From assembly GCA_964482355.1 (NCBI GenBank), contig CAYZXF010000335.1, positions 1 to 57,295 on the forward strand: 57,295 nt of DNA, written 5' to 3'. The notes beneath the pieces are model-generated. The model had not been told where the DNA came from and ran no database searches. It saw only the letters and a program-made list of their open reading frames with translations. Below, piece by piece: positions 40,087 to 49,182 of this stretch. Positions within the stretch are counted from its first letter, which is position 1. The number at the start of each line of letters is the position of its first letter. The translations under genes were made by a program, and so were the position numbers. This DNA comes from an uncultured Anaerolineaceae bacterium (GTDB lineage: Bacteria > Chloroflexota > Anaerolineae > Anaerolineales > E44-bin32).

Positions 40087-40289
40087 GCGATGCGGTCGAC
40101 CATCTTGTACCGTTTCTCTGGGACTAGCTTGCCAACCAAGCCGCTGGCAAAGGCAGTCGATCCTGCAATAAGCCCCGGGCTGGGGCTGAATTCTGTAAAC
40201 GTGCCGACCACCTCCCAGATAATCGCAGCGCCAATGCCGGCCAGAAAGGCCCATGTGATCGTGCTACTCGGTGCTTTCAAAATACCCAT
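40083..40289 (-). CDS. Holin (two TM segments)
   Basis: 68 aa with an AGGGAG SD. The TMs are ITWAFLAGIGAAIIWEVVG and PGLIAGSTAFASGLVG, followed by a charged C-terminus. It is adjacent to the endolysin. Confidence 0.6.
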   Translation of the reverse strand: MGILKAPSSTITWAFLAGIGAAIIWEVVGTFTEFSPSPGLIAGSTAFASGLVGKLVPEKRYKMVDRIA

Positions 40290-40299
40290 GTCGATCTCC

Positions 40300-40755
40300 C
40301 TATGTAAGTCGCCTCACTCCTAACAATCGCGATGCAGAATACCGCGAAATCTTGACCGTGTCAGACTGATTGCCACCGAGAATCTCAATGAGTCCGTCAG
40401 AGCGACCAGCGTAAAATCCCACATGACCCGGAGCATCGGTGACCTCAGGCCCCGGCTGATCTCCCTTTCCGCGCTTGATGATGACGATGTCACCGGCCTC
40501 AGCCTGATCGAGCTGGATGCCCTTGCCGACACGTAGCCATGATCGAGCACGAAGATCCTTGGAGCGAGGATGCCGGCACAGAAAGCAAATGTAGTTCACA
40601 AATGCGCTACACCATGGCACTTCGTCATGGCTTGGCCACTTCATATCGAGTCTGAGCATGGCCATGATCTGAGGATTGTCGACGTTGCCACCGACCTCCT
40701 TGATGCTGGTAAATCGCTGCGCTAAATCAAATGCGTGTTCTTTTGTGAAGTTCAT
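40300..40755 (-). CDS. Endolysin, NlpC/P60-CHAP-like (TIGR02594-type pattern)
   Basis: 151 aa. VPWCSAFVNYI...GHVGFYAGRSDGLIEILGGNQSDTV is the characteristic Cys...His...GGNQ pattern of this phage cell-wall hydrolase family. Confidence 0.8.
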   Translation of the reverse strand: MNFTKEHAFDLAQRFTSIKEVGGNVDNPQIMAMLRLDMKWPSHDEVPWCSAFVNYICFLCRHPRSKDLRARSWLRVGKGIQLDQAEAGDIVIIKRGKGDQPGPEVTDAPGHVGFYAGRSDGLIEILGGNQSDTVKISRYSASRLLGVRRLT

Positions 40756-40760
40756 TAAAC

Positions 40761-42773
40761 CTACATCCAGTTGGTAGAGTCGTAGGACTCATAAGTGATT
40801 TTTACGCCCGCCGCTAAACTGACAGCAGTATTGACACCTGCGCCCAAATTGTCGCCAGTGGCAGGGAACACGTCCGCTGCATTCGCGCCGTTATTTTTGA
40901 TGGTAGCGATTAGGCCGGGCACAGCAGTTCGAAGTTTCACCGAGTCGCCTGTGGTGGCTACTGTGGAGATTTCATTAATACGGGCCGTCAACTCTACAGC
41001 GCTACCTTGCCCGCCTCCCGCAAACGCAGTAATGGCTGCGTCTGCGTTTGTTCTAAAGCCGAGGACAGCATAGATCTGGTCGTCGCTCTGGAGGCGATTT
41101 GCTGCACCCCTGTACAGATTAGTGTCGCTTAACCAACTGTGTAAGCCGTCTGCACGTAGCTCGAAACGCGGCGTTGCGTAACCGTCTCCATCCACATAAG
41201 TTCTTAACACCGGCTCTGTCGTTGCAGACCTGAAGTGCTGAGAATAGGTATCGGTATATAACCTACGGAGGGTTTGTGCCTCTACCGCACCGGACGCGCC
41301 GGTCCACCACGTACCACCGGATGAATCAATGATTTTATTTATATCAACCGCAACGCCCGTGCCAGAAACACTGAAAACTTTGGTGTGATTTTCTAAAAAG
41401 TTTGTTCCTGTCAAGTTCAGACCCACGACATCAGCCAAATCAAACACAGTTGACCAAGCCGCTGTTCCGTGAAATCTGCAATTATGAAAGAAGAATAAAT
41501 TTGATGCGCCCGAACCGTCCTTGCGCATTTTAACCATCGACATAGCGGAAGGCAGGCCGGTTGCAGACAAATCCGCATTGTCGATATAATTCTCTCGCCC
41601 GGCACCGTGATAGATAGTGCCTAGCGCGGTGAGTGTGCCGCCGCCGTCTTGATCTTCCCATCGCTCAATCATGGGTGCGATGAGACCGTTACCCGTAGGA
41701 ACGGAGTGCGCACCAGATGGGCTAGTGCCGGACTGAATATACTTAATATTGTATGCGCCGGGGCGGTTTATCTCTGATCCATACAATCGATTTTTACCGG
41801 CGCCATAGTCGAAAACTATATTAGAACCAGACCCGGATGTATTTCCATTGTGCTGAGAATCAACTGCATCTAAATTACAGTTTTGCGAGGCCTCGAATAA
41901 TATTCCGTCGCCCGGACAATCGAAAACATTGATGTCTCGAAAACCCCTCTCAACGACAAAACCAATATGCAGGCCCAAGAGAGATAGCCCATTGCCGTCT
42001 ATTGAGAAGCCACTGGACTCGCCACCGCGCTCCGCAGCCCCAAATGCTCCCGACTTAGTGCCAAACCTGATCGTAGCGGCAGCATTGAGGCATTTGAATA
42101 CGGTTAATCCCTTGCCAGCGCATAACAAATTAACCCACTCTGGAACAACGAACTCGTCTGTAAACCCCAGAACTCCAGCAGGGAAAACGGCCTGAATACC
42201 GCCAGCAGAATCAAACACGCCGCTGCTCGTTGGCGTTGCAACCAATACAGTCGTGTTCATCCCAGCAATTAAATCGGTTGTTCCAGGCGTGGTGTTCGTG
42301 ATGTATCGGTAAAGGTGGCCAACATCAAATGAATCGTTGATATCGCTGGTGGTCAGTCCATCGTCAATCTCTTTTTGCACAAGCGCAAACGAGACATTCG
42401 GCCCATCAGCGAGCGTAAAATTAACTGCCGTGGTACCGATCGTAATCGGATTGGCGGTCGTAACTTGATATAAGGGATTTCGTCCGACCGTTGCTGTGGC
42501 TACCGTGGCCAAAGTGCCACTGACAACATCCCGGTTACCGTCCCAATCTGCCGCACGCGCCCAGGCAGAGGAGCTGGCATCGTAAATGCCATTCTCGCTC
42601 GCTTCTGTCTGGCCGATAACAAGAACGCGATCACCGGCCACCACAGCCACACCGTTGACCGTCTGTTCACCAGAGAGCGTGAGATTGGCAATTGCGACCG
42701 CCACGCAGGGCGCCTTGATCGCCAGGCTTGCGATAACACCGTTGAAGCGATCCGTCGAGTTAGAGACTGGCAT
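40761..42773 (-). CDS. Tailspike with a right-handed beta-helix (pectate-lyase-like) centre
   Basis: 670 aa. The N-terminal anchor module is shared with 1457-2092. The centre has repetitive G/N/D-rich strands (GFSIDGNGLSLLGLHIG...INVFDCPGDGILFEASQNCNLDAVDSQHNG). The C-terminal ~55 aa are shared with the short fibre. Confidence 0.8.
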   Translation of the reverse strand: MPVSNSTDRFNGVIASLAIKAPCVAVAIANLTLSGEQTVNGVAVVAGDRVLVIGQTEASENGIYDASSSAWARAADWDGNRDVVSGTLATVATATVGRNPLYQVTTANPITIGTTAVNFTLADGPNVSFALVQKEIDDGLTTSDINDSFDVGHLYRYITNTTPGTTDLIAGMNTTVLVATPTSSGVFDSAGGIQAVFPAGVLGFTDEFVVPEWVNLLCAGKGLTVFKCLNAAATIRFGTKSGAFGAAERGGESSGFSIDGNGLSLLGLHIGFVVERGFRDINVFDCPGDGILFEASQNCNLDAVDSQHNGNTSGSGSNIVFDYGAGKNRLYGSEINRPGAYNIKYIQSGTSPSGAHSVPTGNGLIAPMIERWEDQDGGGTLTALGTIYHGAGRENYIDNADLSATGLPSAMSMVKMRKDGSGASNLFFFHNCRFHGTAAWSTVFDLADVVGLNLTGTNFLENHTKVFSVSGTGVAVDINKIIDSSGGTWWTGASGAVEAQTLRRLYTDTYSQHFRSATTEPVLRTYVDGDGYATPRFELRADGLHSWLSDTNLYRGAANRLQSDDQIYAVLGFRTNADAAITAFAGGGQGSAVELTARINEISTVATTGDSVKLRTAVPGLIATIKNNGANAADVFPATGDNLGAGVNTAVSLAAGVKITYESYDSTNWM

Positions 42774-43093
42774 TAGCCACTCTCCCTGACGACAAATCCG
42801 TCATCCGTAACCTCAACATAGCGCTGATTCCACACCTTGATGCCCACCGCATTTCTCGCCATTCTTTGTGCGCGATCTTCTACCCGATCCACCAAAAACC
42901 CCTGCGGCTGTGAATAGATAGCTCCACCAGGATGGATGTCGAAGCGATGCGTACCCGCGGCTACCTTTTCTTTGACATCATCGCGACTTAATGGCTCACG
43001 CTGATACAGTTCACCACAAACGGCCTGACGTACCTGGGACACAAGCGGCTGAATCTCTTTTTTTGCCTTTGGAAACGGCAGTACTTTGCCCAT
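42773..43093 (-). CDS. Hypothetical protein
   Basis: 106 aa with a 1-nt overlap with the tailspike gene. Confidence 0.5.
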   Translation of the reverse strand: MGKVLPFPKAKKEIQPLVSQVRQAVCGELYQREPLSRDDVKEKVAAGTHRFDIHPGGAIYSQPQGFLVDRVEDRAQRMARNAVGIKVWNQRYVEVTDDGFVVRESG

Positions 43094-43095
43094 CG

Positions 43096-46000
43096 CTAGT
43101 CTCGCTCACCCAGTAGCCATTCGTAAACTTCGGTGTCGTCCTCGGACCATACTACATCGATAAAGCGATTCGTTTGTGATGCCGGCAAATGTAAGCCCGT
43201 TCCAATCACGTTCACCGCGACTCGCCGGAACTGCTCATCGGCCTCACCTTGCGCCGCCTGCTGCACCAATTTGTACAAATCATTGGAGAATGAGCCTATC
43301 GGCGTATTGCCACCACCGTACTTGGCCGCCGCAATCTCGCGCACGAACGGTACGCCTGAGAACGCTGAGTCCACCGTCGCCTTAGCGAGCCACCAGCCCC
43401 ACGGCTCATCATCGTCATCATCCGGTAGCCTGCCGTAGAGCCAAGCCGAAGCCACCGCCTCAACCGTGAATAGCAAGAACAGGTCAAAGGTGTAGGCCGC
43501 TACCTGCCCCGGCTTCGTGAAATCAGTTGTCTTGGTTTTCTCGTAGGCAATATTGCCCTTGGCCAGCATGTAAGAAAGCAGCACGGTCCAGATACGGATA
43601 AATTGCGACTGCCGATTCTTTTTCGTACCGAGCGTGCCGCGCTCAAGGCCGGAGCGATCTGAAAAGAAACCTGACGTCTGCGCATTCTCAACCTGCACAT
43701 CGGCGTACTGAATAGCCTCTTTCTGGTTCAGGCCCTCAATGTTCTGCGCTTTCCAGTACGCGCCCAGCCAGGTCGACACATCCACTACTGACTGAGCCGC
43801 CATGATGGGCAGAAAATACGTCGCTGACAGTGCATTCATTGACCGTTTCAACCCTGTTGGCGCGGGTCCAAACATGGATTCAAGATGTGCCCGGGTGTCG
43901 GACACATCCTTGTTCCAGGTATTGTCCACGTAGCGCGTTTTCATGAAGGAACTCATCGACATGACATCGATGTACGCCTGCTTCGGATTTTTCATCATGC
44001 GACCGACACCATGGCCATAGGCCTGTGAACCGATCACCGCAATCGTCTGAAGAATGCCAGTGTATTGCAGCAACATCACCACCATGTTGAATGCCAGTTT
44101 GGATTTTGTGAATCCAGTTCGAATCCAGGCAGCACTTTGTTCCACCACGCCCTCGGCCGCGAGTTCTCCAATCGCAGAATCAGTGAGCCATAGATTAAAC
44201 GCTTCCAGCGCCTTTTCATTGCCAGTGTTAGTGAACGAATCGCGCACGTCGTCATGGTCCAGCAAGCGCTTCACGTAGTTGATCTCATCACCAATGGCAA
44301 TATCGCGAATGATCTCGCGTAGATGAAAATTGATCGTGTCGAGCCCCAACCGTATGACATTGCCATGATTTTTGACGCGCTCGTAGGTAGAGCCAGCGCG
44401 AGTCGACGCAAAAATAGAGGTGCTCGCGGTCATGCGCTGCATCAGGTCTTCCAGCTCCTGATTCTTTTGTGCAGCGCGTCCGCCCTTGCGCGTGTGACGC
44501 CGATCGTATCTCAGTGGGTAATAGCCACCCTTGACCAGAATCTCGGCACCGTCCGATGTGCGGATGCTAAATGGCAGTGCCTCGACCTTCTGTGGCGCGA
44601 TGCCGCGGCGCCGTTTGGCCGCATCCGACAGGTCATCCCAGTAAGTATCGAGGTAATCCCACATATCCTGCACGAACGCCCAGTCACGCTGATCCAGGGT
44701 AGCGAGAGCCGCCACCACGCCCTGCTCACTGTAGGCCGCGCCGCCGCGGTTCTTGATGCCGCCCAATAATGCCTTGCGATTGCCTTCATTGCCCCAGTTG
44801 AGCGCGATCGAGAGAATGTCAGACTTGGATAATTTGCCCAGTCCCGGTATGACGTCGCCGCGTTGATAAAGATCACCCAGCTCAGCCAACGAATAATGCC
44901 GCTGGTAGATTTGTGATACATCGTCCTCCATCTTTCGAAAGCCTGGCAGCAGGCGCTTCGCATAGGCTTCGCGAATGGGCACGACAATCAACCGCGTCAA
45001 GGCTCCAAAGCCTGATTTGTCCAGCATTCGAGCCAATGATCCTGGCCGCAGCCATGCCGCAATGCCTTCACTGACGGACAGTTTTGCGCTCTCGCCGACC
45101 GTGGGTCTGGCCACACCAATATCGATCTCGGCATTATTTTCGTACATGCTCGAGGCAATCTCATCGGCGCGCTGCTGCAGGTCGACCCTTTCACCATCGA
45201 CAATCACCTGATACTTGGCACTGGCTTCCTTTTCGAGCTGCATCACCAGGTCTCGGATACCGTCAAACTCCTCGGAGGTGAGATTTTGCCAATTGGTGCC
45301 GGTGTCCTGCAGTGCCGCTATCAGACTCGGCGGCGCCATCAGCCGACCATCATCAATGGCCGCTATTATTTCCGCCATAGCCTCCTCGCGATCGATCTGG
45401 GAGCCAGAGATTTTGCGTAAGTTGATGCCCTCAAGAACAGCATCGATTTTCTCCAGCATGCCGGCCTTGCCCAAGCGCTGACGCACCTTGATCTTGTCGA
45501 ACTTCTTGAGGTAAGCCTGTGTGCGCGCATGCCGATCCTTAGCCCGCACGGCGGCACGATAGAGCTCGTGTGACTCGACCTGCTTGCGCTTTTGATCGTA
45601 AGCCTTTTGATAGTCCTTGGTCTCCATGGCACCAAACGCGGCACGACCAGCCTTGCGCTCAGCGATCAGGTATTTATGCGGATTGATATCGCGAATCTTT
45701 TTCGCATCGATGAACCTTCTTGCGGCCTGTTTGATCAGAGCCAGCTCACCGCGGCGAGGGAGCTGACCCTTATTGGCTTCGCGTGCCTGACGCTCCTCAC
45801 GCTTAGTCTGGCGTTTGGTGGCGCCGATGATCTTGCGGTCCTCACGCAGCCGCCTGCGCAAAGCGCGCATCTCAGCAGCGAGAATCTGCGCCCGCTTCTC
45901 GTTGTGCACCACTCGCACAGCCTCATTGGCAATGCTGCCATCGACAAGAGGATCAGGAAACATCGACGCCATACGCGCCTCAGTCTCAGCGGCAATCCAG

Positions 46001-47517
46001 GCCTCCATTTTCGGTGCTTTGATGAGCGCCTCTACGAGTTCCACCGCGCCATCGAAAGCGAAGACTTGTGCCGCCACATCGACGTCGACGCCCCCCTTGA
46101 CCGAGTACACCCACGGCCGCGGCAAGCGAGCAACGAACGCCTTACCAAAGCGCTTCACCAGATCGTCACGGCTGAGTTTGAATTTCACCTGATCCGGTGC
46201 TGTGGTGCCGTCTGGATTAGTGCCACGCTGTAGCATGGCCAGCGCCCGATAGACCGGCATGGCTTCAGCCTCAGTTCTGACCTGGGCGGACATTTTTTTC
46301 TTCTCATCGGCCCACCACTGCTGCGACTGGCGTTGCATATAGCGCATGGCCTGAGCGGAGGCGTCATCCACGGCCTGTTGATGCGCAGCAATGATGTTCT
46401 GCTTGTAAGCGTCGTACACCTCCTGTGATACGCCCATGTCCTCAGCGGTAGCAAACAGTGCGGCATACTCCTGCACCCGCGCAGCTTCTGCGACCTGCGC
46501 ATCGGTGGCGATAATGCGATCGAACACACCCCGCACCTCATCGTTGAGGCCGCCAAAATTCTTAAGCTTCGCCAGTGAGCGATAAATGCTCAGCAACCAG
46601 GCGCGAAACGACTGGAACACACTCTCCAGGCCCAGCGTCGGTGCCTTGCCTTCGCGCAAATAAACCTCAAAGGATTCTGCCCACCGCTCATGATGTGCAG
46701 AGGTAATCTCACTGCGATCCTTTACTCCGAGGAATTCCAATGCCTTAGCAAAATCCTCGCGCGTCTGCTGGGGTGACCCGGTCATCTCAGATAGGTCGCC
46801 CAACAACTCCAGATACAAGTGAGCGCTTTCATGCAAAAAGGTCGACAGGTTCCGCGCCTTGGTCATGCGGATGATGGCCTTGTTGTTCTTATCGAAGGTG
46901 ATCGAGCCGCGCTTGGTCTGATAGAGCGTCTTTGTAGGACTAAAAACCTGCTCGGACTCAGCCTCAATCTGCTCCAAGCGAGTCGCAATCTCAGCCAGGC
47001 GCTGCTGTATTTCGCCTTGGCGCTGCTGCAATTTCTTGTAGCTGGCCAGTAGCTCCAGCGGGGTGCCACCCTTGAGCCCAAACACAGCCTTCTGTTTGAG
47101 GTTTTTATTACCGAACAAAATCGCCGTCAGACCATTGAGTATCTGCTCGTCGGTCTCGGTTCCGCCCAGCTCCGCAACCCGATCGTTGACAATACCGATA
47201 TCGCTCAGCTCGCCGGTCAGATCCGCGGCTTCCGACGCTAATTGTGTTCTTTCAGCCGCCAGCTTACCCAGTGCGCGGCCCTGCCGCTCCTCACGGAACT
47301 GCGCAACCTTGGCCAGTGGAGTGGTGACGTCAGTGAGTTTGGCGCCTTCAGTGCGCGCGCGGGCCGCGAGTTGAATCACATTTTGTGAGGCACCGATCAA
47401 GAGCTTACGGACTGCCTGCTCATCGCTGAGTCCGTCCTCGATGTATTGCTCAAGCGTTGTGACATCCTCAGCAGACACCAGCCGTTTCATTTTCTTGATG
47501 CAGTCTTTGAGCGCCAT
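43096..47517 (-). CDS. Giant internal/ejection protein with an HExxH motif and C-terminal TM helices
   Basis: 1473 aa. TFLHESAHLYLELLGD occurs at about residues 227-242. The middle is long and helical. The C-terminal third has several hydrophobic segments (LAFNMVVMLLQYTGILQTIAVIG, ATYFLPIMAAQSVV, FIRIWTVLLSYML, AAYTFDLFLLFTVEAVASAWLYG). Confidence 0.7.
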   Translation of the reverse strand: MALKDCIKKMKRLVSAEDVTTLEQYIEDGLSDEQAVRKLLIGASQNVIQLAARARTEGAKLTDVTTPLAKVAQFREERQGRALGKLAAERTQLASEAADLTGELSDIGIVNDRVAELGGTETDEQILNGLTAILFGNKNLKQKAVFGLKGGTPLELLASYKKLQQRQGEIQQRLAEIATRLEQIEAESEQVFSPTKTLYQTKRGSITFDKNNKAIIRMTKARNLSTFLHESAHLYLELLGDLSEMTGSPQQTREDFAKALEFLGVKDRSEITSAHHERWAESFEVYLREGKAPTLGLESVFQSFRAWLLSIYRSLAKLKNFGGLNDEVRGVFDRIIATDAQVAEAARVQEYAALFATAEDMGVSQEVYDAYKQNIIAAHQQAVDDASAQAMRYMQRQSQQWWADEKKKMSAQVRTEAEAMPVYRALAMLQRGTNPDGTTAPDQVKFKLSRDDLVKRFGKAFVARLPRPWVYSVKGGVDVDVAAQVFAFDGAVELVEALIKAPKMEAWIAAETEARMASMFPDPLVDGSIANEAVRVVHNEKRAQILAAEMRALRRRLREDRKIIGATKRQTKREERQAREANKGQLPRRGELALIKQAARRFIDAKKIRDINPHKYLIAERKAGRAAFGAMETKDYQKAYDQKRKQVESHELYRAAVRAKDRHARTQAYLKKFDKIKVRQRLGKAGMLEKIDAVLEGINLRKISGSQIDREEAMAEIIAAIDDGRLMAPPSLIAALQDTGTNWQNLTSEEFDGIRDLVMQLEKEASAKYQVIVDGERVDLQQRADEIASSMYENNAEIDIGVARPTVGESAKLSVSEGIAAWLRPGSLARMLDKSGFGALTRLIVVPIREAYAKRLLPGFRKMEDDVSQIYQRHYSLAELGDLYQRGDVIPGLGKLSKSDILSIALNWGNEGNRKALLGGIKNRGGAAYSEQGVVAALATLDQRDWAFVQDMWDYLDTYWDDLSDAAKRRRGIAPQKVEALPFSIRTSDGAEILVKGGYYPLRYDRRHTRKGGRAAQKNQELEDLMQRMTASTSIFASTRAGSTYERVKNHGNVIRLGLDTINFHLREIIRDIAIGDEINYVKRLLDHDDVRDSFTNTGNEKALEAFNLWLTDSAIGELAAEGVVEQSAAWIRTGFTKSKLAFNMVVMLLQYTGILQTIAVIGSQAYGHGVGRMMKNPKQAYIDVMSMSSFMKTRYVDNTWNKDVSDTRAHLESMFGPAPTGLKRSMNALSATYFLPIMAAQSVVDVSTWLGAYWKAQNIEGLNQKEAIQYADVQVENAQTSGFFSDRSGLERGTLGTKKNRQSQFIRIWTVLLSYMLAKGNIAYEKTKTTDFTKPGQVAAYTFDLFLLFTVEAVASAWLYGRLPDDDDDEPWGWWLAKATVDSAFSGVPFVREIAAAKYGGGNTPIGSFSNDLYKLVQQAAQGEADEQFRRVAVNVIGTGLHLPASQTNRFIDVVWSEDDTEVYEWLLGERD

Positions 47518-48164
47518 CAGTCCTTGACTTCCATGAAGGCAGAGATCACTGCAATCAGTATCTCCTCCTCCTCGATGATAAACCGATATAAACCCTTTTC
47601 GCGACGCTCACCCTGGCCGTAGGAAAATACCGTCGAGCCGCGCTCATCAACTACCACCGTCTCAACCAGTGCCAGTGACTTGCCAATCTGCAGCGCCGGT
47701 TGAGTAATCGCGATAAGGGGATTCGGCCAGTCATGCTGCACAAACGGATCGCCGACGACTGGCGGTAGCAGCGCAATCGACTTACCAACCTGTTCCGGCT
47801 GCTTGATAAATATCGGTTCAGGATTGGGCCAGTCGCTCTGCACAAACGGCTTGTCGCCCGCATGCTCCAGAATCGTCAGTGGCATGCCGACCTGGAATGG
47901 TGTCTGAATCTCAACGGTCAGCGTCGGGTTTGGCCAGTCTATCGGCACAAACGGCTTTTCAACTGCTGGTTCAATTAGCGCGAGCGGGCTGCCAAGCTGC
48001 AGTGGCTGTTGTGTTTCTTGGGTTTGTGGAACGGTTTGTTCGTTAGCAACAAACGGTACAGCGACAACAACGGCCAGCGTCGTGACGAGTAGATTGGGAA
48101 CCGGGGCCGGTTGCTGTGTCGGGCGCTCCCGCCTTGGACTAAAATGCGGTGCGCGAATGGTCAT
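47517..48164 (-). CDS. Protein with ~35-aa tandem DWPNP repeats
   Basis: 215 aa with an N-terminal hydrophobic segment. Four repeats follow, of the form PFV..DWPNP......P.Q(V/I)G..(L/I)AL (the first is degenerate). Confidence 0.6.
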   Translation of the reverse strand: MTIRAPHFSPRRERPTQQPAPVPNLLVTTLAVVVAVPFVANEQTVPQTQETQQPLQLGSPLALIEPAVEKPFVPIDWPNPTLTVEIQTPFQVGMPLTILEHAGDKPFVQSDWPNPEPIFIKQPEQVGKSIALLPPVVGDPFVQHDWPNPLIAITQPALQIGKSLALVETVVVDERGSTVFSYGQGERREKGLYRFIIEEEEILIAVISAFMEVKD

Positions 48165-48177
48165 GCGAGTTTACCCG

Positions 48178-48351
48178 CTAATCGGAATCTGACTTGGAGA
48201 GGTTTTTTAACGTCGCTTTGTAGCCGTCGAGTTCACTCTCTAGCCAATCAACATCTTCGCCCGTGACTTCCGCGCTTTTTAGGCGCAACTCAAGCGATTC
48301 GATCCGCTTTTCGCAATGAGCGGTGTTTTTATCTATATACGCCTGGTCCAT
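48178..48351 (-). CDS. Candidate 57-aa coiled-coil protein
   Basis: Below the track cutoff. It fills an otherwise empty 186-nt gap, and its ATG overlaps the upstream TAA by 1 nt. Translation: MDQAYIDKNTAHCEKRIESLELRLKSAEVTGEDVDWLESELDGYKATLKNLSKSDSD. Confidence 0.45.
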   Translation of the reverse strand: MDQAYIDKNTAHCEKRIESLELRLKSAEVTGEDVDWLESELDGYKATLKNLSKSDSD

Positions 48352-48854
48352 TACAAACTCTCATAATGGATATGGCTGCTCATCAGGCCCGGTGTGCCGC
48401 CCGTGAACGCTGACAACGAAAATGATCCAGTATTGGTAATCAAGCCAACGATAGCAATGGGCTTGTTCGGGGCTGCCAGCCAGCGCACGATACCGCCAAA
48501 CGCATTGAATGACAATTGCAGTACGTGGCCAAGCGTAGCCGAACGCTGCGGCAGAATCGTTGCCGATACACCGACTGCTGCCGGCGCTGATAATGCGCCT
48601 GTCGCACCGTCGAGCGGTGCATCCTCGGAAATACCGAGTACAACGGAGGTTCCAACCGTGGAGTTCATGCCCCCAACGATAATCATAGGAGCGCTCGTGA
48701 GGGACTGTCCGCCCAACATAATCTCAGTAATTTCATTACGTTGTAGGGCGCCACCACCCTGTATGAGCCCAAGATAAGTATCGTTGGTAAGGTTAGTGGC
48801 GTCAGCGAATACTGTCGGTGTTAATGTTCGTACTGCTAATGATCGTACCGCCAT
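48351..48854 (-). CDS. Hypothetical virion-module protein
   Basis: 167 aa, Gly/Ala/Thr/Ser-rich. I recognise no motif. Confidence 0.55.
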   Translation of the reverse strand: MAVRSLAVRTLTPTVFADATNLTNDTYLGLIQGGGALQRNEITEIMLGGQSLTSAPMIIVGGMNSTVGTSVVLGISEDAPLDGATGALSAPAAVGVSATILPQRSATLGHVLQLSFNAFGGIVRWLAAPNKPIAIVGLITNTGSFSLSAFTGGTPGLMSSHIHYESL

Positions 48855-49182
48855 AATCCTGTTCCTTTAGTCCCTGTTCCTGTAGCTCATCAAGCACCTG
48901 TTCATAGGGCTTGCATTCCCTGGTCGCCGCAAGTATGCCATTACAGCGATCACAAATATAGCTGTCGCACTTTCGGCAGTAACCGCGAGGCCGGCGACGC
49001 AGCGGATTCATCACCACAACCTGCGGACAATGATTGCAAGTGTATGTTGGTACTTCAAATAATCCCTGCCCAGATCGAGGCGGCATATCCTTGGCATTGG
49101 GCATCCAGTCGTCCGGTACACCTGGCGACGCACGATGGTCAATAATAAGCAGCCCCTCATCGCTGCGTTTTGATCTAGTCAT
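48802..49182 (-). CDS. Cys-rich (putative Zn-binding) protein
   Basis: 126 aa. It contains CNHCPQ...CRKCDSYICDRCN...C. Confidence 0.5.
   Translation of the reverse strand: MTRSKRSDEGLLIIDHRASPGVPDDWMPNAKDMPPRSGQGLFEVPTYTCNHCPQVVVMNPLRRRPRGYCRKCDSYICDRCNGILAATRECKPYEQVLDELQEQGLKEQDYGGTIISSTNINTDSIR

Noticed and set aside
39781-40254. The full 157-aa track ORF as a single gene
   Set aside because: Its first 56 codons overlap the holin gene in another frame and are Arg/Gly/Cys-rich. The internal ATG at 40086 gives an ATGA overlap with the holin stop and a clean TM-plus-coiled-coil protein.
40761-42773. Diversity-generating retroelement acting on the receptor-binding genes (considered because the head module recalls BPP-1-like phages)
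   Set aside because: No reverse transcriptase ORF is present, and there is no template/variable repeat pair with adenine-specific differences. The only repeats between the two fibre genes are diverged protein-coding modules.
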